In this document: positions 46,656-47,378 of the stretch, one piece after another
Layout of the letters: every line of letters begins with the position of its first letter
How positions within the stretch are numbered: position 1 is the stretch's first letter
Assembly (NCBI GenBank): GCA_032718475.1
Contig: JAUCBJ010002175.1
Coordinates: forward strand, 1-47,378
DNA: 47,378 nucleotides
Direction of reading: 5' to 3'
Source: Nemertoderma westbladi
Taxonomy: Eukaryota > Animalia > Xenacoelomorpha
The notes under the pieces: model-generated
The model's input: the letters and a program-made list of their open reading frames with translations, nothing else
What the model was told of the DNA's origin: nothing
The model's database searches: none
Position numbers and translations under genes: made by a program

Positions 46656-47211
46656 TGTTTTTGGCTATAAAAAGAGTGTTTGGCTACGTCATGTGGTAAT
46701 CGATTATCGACAACAACCACAAACTATTAAATTTAGAGTCTTTTACCACAGGCGCATATGGAATTCTATCTCATAGTCTATAAATCATAGAATCATGGAA
46801 TGTTTTGGCACAGGCATATTGAAACCAACTGTCCAACAGACCAGAAATCAACAAATTTTGAATGTTTTGGCATAGGCATGTTGAAATCAACTGTCTGACA
46901 GTCCAGAAATCAGCAGTCTGACAGTTTGATGAAATACATACATAAAAAGTCATTAAAAGGACAATAAAAGTCATTAAAAGGACAACAAAAGTCAATATGC
47001 ACAATTCGTAAAAAAAGGAGGACAAAAAAAGTCAAATAAATGGACATAAAAAATCACTGCCTTTATAAAAGCTGTCTATTAATTATAAAATAAGAAAATA
47101 CAACCAGGGTGCCAGCCGGGTACCAACAGCTGTTGGGTTGACTCAATGGAAGATTTCACTAATTTTCACAGGAGGCTTGTACGTACATCCTGGCCAATGG
47201 ACACCAGAATA

Positions 47212-47378
47212 GACATACACACCAGAACTGCTATGTAACCACCTCCGTAACAACCCAATCAATCCTTCCATCTATCCTGGAGACAACTGATACCGACACA
47301 GCTGCAAAACTCCTCACAAACGAAATAACACATATTCTGGACAAAATTGCACCAATTCGAAGTCAAGCAGTCAAGTCA
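47212..47378 (+). mobile_element. CR1/L2-group LINE ORF2 fragment (EN-RT linker), running off the window end
   Basis: TYTPELLCNHL...DTDTAAKLLTNEITHILDKIAPIRS, matching the LDKHAP motif. Confidence 0.65.

Overview
AT-rich, transposon-dense genomic DNA from an animal (most likely an invertebrate), not a prokaryote. Two spliced host genes are present: a four-exon RNF34/RFFL-type FYVE-SAP-RING E3 ligase (28654-31668, +) and a probable two-exon MOLO-1/TPM-domain membrane protein (39495-40378, +). The dominant feature is a young 12.5-kb BEL/Pao LTR retroelement (3705-16246, -) with 1192-bp LTRs (about 99.5% identical) and a GAAAG target-site duplication (TSD), inserted in the last unit of a 53-bp satellite. 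It keeps a 1637-codon Gag-protease ORF but has lost RT and most of RNase H in frame, and lacks integrase. It also carries a decayed second ORF. It has no tRNA-type primer-binding site (PBS): the 12 nt in the PBS position are instead perfectly complementary to a 12-mer inside its own LTR, suggesting Tf1-like self-priming in a BEL element. The rest is nested RTE and CR1/L2 LINE fragments, hAT-, Merlin-, Sola- and Harbinger-like non-autonomous elements, Helentron/HINE-like repeats and tRNA-derived repeats. TA-flanked short motifs (TAGGCCTA, TACCGGTA, TACAGTA) are strongly over-represented and look like transposon excision footprints. All calls were made by eye, without database searches.
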